Shown: one piece after another, positions 61,502-64,000 of the stretch
How positions within the stretch are numbered: the stretch's first letter is position 1
Layout of the letters: each line of letters begins with the position of its first letter
From: Thermoplasmatales archaeon
Lineage (GTDB): Archaea; Thermoplasmatota; Thermoplasmata; Thermoplasmatales; Thermoplasmataceae
NCBI GenBank assembly: GCA_027310185.1
Contig: DAIDBH010000006.1
Location: 64,001 to 128,000, forward strand
Direction of reading: 5' to 3'
Length of the DNA: 64,000 nt
Program-made: the position numbers and the translations under genes
Notes under the pieces: model-generated
What the model was told of the DNA's origin: nothing
Database searches by the model: none
Seen by the model: the letters and a program-made list of their open reading frames with translations, nothing else

Positions 61502-62281
61502 CTATTTTCTGATAGAGTTCTCATCAATCTTTTCGAGAAATATTTCTTCCCCAATTTCATCATAATAATCCATGAAAGTCCTGATTTCCTTTCTCATCAA
61601 ACTATTAAGGTCATATGTGAGTGATTGATAATATTCATTCAGGATCCCTTTTTCCATGTTGTGTTCTTTCGATATCCTATCTAAATCCTTAGTTATTGTC
61701 CATCTTGGTATGTTCTTTAACGCCACGAGATTCTCATCAGTACCTCTGTCAGTCAGGCTAACTGTTACTGCGTAAATTGAATGCATATTAAATATCTTGG
61801 AGATCATATGAGTGATATCGAATATAATCTTGGTATCTGTTCTATATATGTCAAGAGCCCTGTTTCCGATTACCAGTGCAAAATCTTCCTCTTTCAGTAA
61901 GTTTTCGACAGAATTACTCCTGCTCCTTATGAGTACAGAACCAGGAAACAATCTTTCAAGGATAAGCTTCAAAAAGAATGCAGTAGTTTCTGTTTCAGAT
62001 GTTACTGCAACCCTCATCCCGGGGAATGGATCACTTCCATTTGATACTAGCAGATTTGAATCGGATTTTCCCCTTCCGGAAATTGTGGGCCCATCGGCCA
62101 ATGATAATGATTCTCTGTTCTTGAAATAATCAACAAGCGAGATCATAGAATAATCTACTTTCCCGTCGAGCAAATCTCTCAGATTGCTTCTTGTATCACT
62201 GCGGGATACCTCAAAATTCTCTTCTGCAACATGGTCAAGAGGATCGCTGTGTATTAGATTGATCAACCTTAAACTGCTCAA
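61502..62281 (-). CDS. mqnA: Chorismate dehydratase-like (MqnA/MqnD family)
   Basis: INLIHSDPL, SETT, ALVIGNRAL, YAV; 4-nt overlap with the MqnE-like gene. Confidence 0.7.
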   Translation of the reverse strand: MSSLRLINLIHSDPLDHVAEENFEVSRSDTRSNLRDLLDGKVDYSMISLVDYFKNRESLSLADGPTISGRGKSDSNLLVSNGSDPFPGMRVAVTSETETTAFFLKLILERLFPGSVLIRSRSNSVENLLKEEDFALVIGNRALDIYRTDTKIIFDITHMISKIFNMHSIYAVTVSLTDRGTDENLVALKNIPRWTITKDLDRISKEHNMEKGILNEYYQSLTYDLNSLMRKEIRTFMDYYDEIGEEIFLEKIDENSIRK

Positions 62282-63396
62282 AAGTATCCCTTCAGGTTAT
62301 AAAATGTGTCTCTCTTTGCTGGTATTTTACCAATTTCAGATACAAGTCTTCCAAGTTCCTCAACAGTAGTCATTTCATGCCTGTTTGTAGCACCAAATAT
62401 CTTTTCGCTTATGGCTGTTCCAACTAGATCGTTTCCTCCTCCAGTAAGCGCCATCTGACCTATTCCCTTACCCATTGATACCCAGTATACACTGATGTTC
62501 CTCATCCACTTTCCCATTATCATTCTGGCAAGAGCTATTACCTTGAGATCCTTCTCACCGGAGGCAGGTTCCCTTACCTTTCCCATCTTCATTAGAGGGG
62601 TATTCTCCGGGCTGAACTTCAGTGGAATGAAAGATAGAAAGCCGCCTGTGGTTGCCTGCAGATCTCTTAGTCTGACCATGTGATCGATGATATGGCCCCA
62701 ATTTTCAACGCTTCCATATGTCATTGTGGAGTTTCCCTTGATTCCCATTTCGTGTATTATCTTGGCGTCCTCCAGCCATTTTTCTCCACTGATCTTCTCT
62801 TTTGTAGTCATTATTTTCCTGACCTCTGAATCAAATATTTCAGCTCCGCCTCCAGTATGTGCTTCCATTCCAGCATTATGAAACCTTGTTACTGTTTCCC
62901 TGATTGAGTTGCCTGTAGTCCTTGCAATGAAATCTATCTCGGGTATGGTTAGTGCTTTAAGAGTTGCCTCTGGCATGTATTTTTTAACTGTTCTGAATAT
63001 ATCTTCGTAATATTCCAGCGGAAGATAAGGGTTGAAACCTCCAACAATATGGATTTCTGTGGGATTGTACTGCCTAGCCTTTTCAAGTTCCCGTTTAACA
63101 TCTTCTATGGATAGTTCATAACCCTTGTCTGTTTTTCCCTTAATTTTTGCCGGTACATAAAAGGCACATATGGGACAGCTGGCTGCGCAATAATTACTGT
63201 AATTTATGTTATATGAAACTGCAAAAGTAACTGTATTCCCAACCTGATAGTCTGTTAGGTTGTCTGCCATGGACATCATTTCCTGCATATTGAATTGCTC
63301 CAGTAATTCGGCTCCTTCCTGACGACTCAGTTTATGACCAGCTTTCAGGAGGTCAAGCCAATAGTCCTGAGCATAAGAATTTATCATGATAATCAT
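62278..63396 (-). CDS. mqnE: Radical SAM enzyme, aminofutalosine synthase (MqnE-like)
   Basis: CAASCPICAF, EIHIVGG, KALT..EI, GGGAEIF, FIPLKF.PENT, YWV. Confidence 0.82.
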   Translation of the reverse strand: MIIMINSYAQDYWLDLLKAGHKLSRQEGAELLEQFNMQEMMSMADNLTDYQVGNTVTFAVSYNINYSNYCAASCPICAFYVPAKIKGKTDKGYELSIEDVKRELEKARQYNPTEIHIVGGFNPYLPLEYYEDIFRTVKKYMPEATLKALTIPEIDFIARTTGNSIRETVTRFHNAGMEAHTGGGAEIFDSEVRKIMTTKEKISGEKWLEDAKIIHEMGIKGNSTMTYGSVENWGHIIDHMVRLRDLQATTGGFLSFIPLKFSPENTPLMKMGKVREPASGEKDLKVIALARMIMGKWMRNISVYWVSMGKGIGQMALTGGGNDLVGTAISEKIFGATNRHEMTTVEELGRLVSEIGKIPAKRDTFYNLKGYF

Positions 63397-63676
63397 GGAT
63401 TACTTGGTATCAAATAAAATTTTTTTAAAATAAGTTATATCTATTCGAATTTTGTAATTATGGTAGAAGTTATTAGAATGTCATCTTAATAATATACACG
63501 GTTAAGCTTCAGGTCTGTACAATAATGCACCAGTGTTAATTTTACCACGTTTCAGTTACACTAAAAATCTCTATAACAATAATTTTTACTTCGCATAGAT
63601 AATCATAATAATATTTACAATGGTTTATAACCTCTCGTTCAATCTAATATTTATGATATCAATTGAAAGGTCTCAG

Positions 63677-64000
63677 ATGGATTCAATTTCAGAAAGGGCT
63701 ATGAGAGGAGAAATCCTTGAAAGGGATGAGATTGCATATCTTTACGATGAAGTTGACATAAAAACGCTCGGTATTCTGGGTAGAAAAATTACAGATTCAA
63801 TTACAGGAAGACAGGTCTCCTTTGTATCCAACATGATCCTTAATTATACTAACATCTGCAATGTGAGATGTAACTTCTGCGCTTTTTACAGGACAGGTAT
63901 GGAAGAGGATGCGTATACCATGAGTGCAATTGATGTTGCCAAGAGAGTCAAGACATTCAATGACAGTTATGGAATCAAGCAGCTTCTCATACAGGGTGGT
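63677..64000 (+). CDS. mqnC: Radical SAM enzyme, MqnC-like (partial, runs off the window)
   Basis: Manual translation MDSISERAMRG...NYTNICNVRCNFCAFYR...QLLIQGG, open to the window end and divergent from mqnE. Confidence 0.75.
   Translation, partial: MDSISERAMRGEILERDEIAYLYDEVDIKTLGILGRKITDSITGRQVSFVSNMILNYTNICNVRCNFCAFYRTGMEEDAYTMSAIDVAKRVKTFNDSYGIKQLLIQGG

Noticed and set aside
1-64000. CRISPR arrays, rRNA genes, intact IS elements or proviruses
   Set aside because: No repeat-spacer arrays, rRNA-like tracts, transposase or capsid genes seen by eye.

Overview
Gene-dense archaeal chromosomal window. DNA polymerase D small subunit, eL41, an intron-containing tRNA-Trp, bacterial-type gyrase, cytochrome bd and an AT-rich composition point to Thermoplasmatales, possibly a Cuniculiplasma-like acidophile (inference). 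It holds about 57 protein genes and three tRNAs (Trp-CCA with a 68-nt C/D-guide intron, Val-TAC, Thr-CGT). The main theme is quinone-based respiration: a long-chain polyprenyl synthase, futalosine-pathway genes (mqnA, mqnE, partial mqnC, UbiD and UbiA types), two cydAB pairs, a sulfide:quinone oxidoreductase and glycerol-3-phosphate dehydrogenase. Also present are gyrBA, aspS, guaB, ppdK, coaBC, nfo, merA, egtBD and a GH38 mannosidase. There are two best candidates for an undescribed system. The first is a coupled operon of prenyl synthase, a Get3d-like ATPase with an alpha-crystallin domain, and a 66-aa amphipathic protein ending in an IXI motif. The second is a 7TM protein and RHH/V4R-like regulator between cydAB and the quinone genes, with 10-bp-phased TGTG boxes. 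Items missed by the ORF track: eL41, a 45-aa ORF, a CTG start for the ROK kinase, an integrase remnant at tRNA-Trp, an amber-interrupted MFS gene, a probably inactive NfeD, and a CDS whose stop lies in a tRNA anticodon loop. All family calls are by motif recognition; no searches were run. No CRISPR array, rRNA or intact mobile element was seen.
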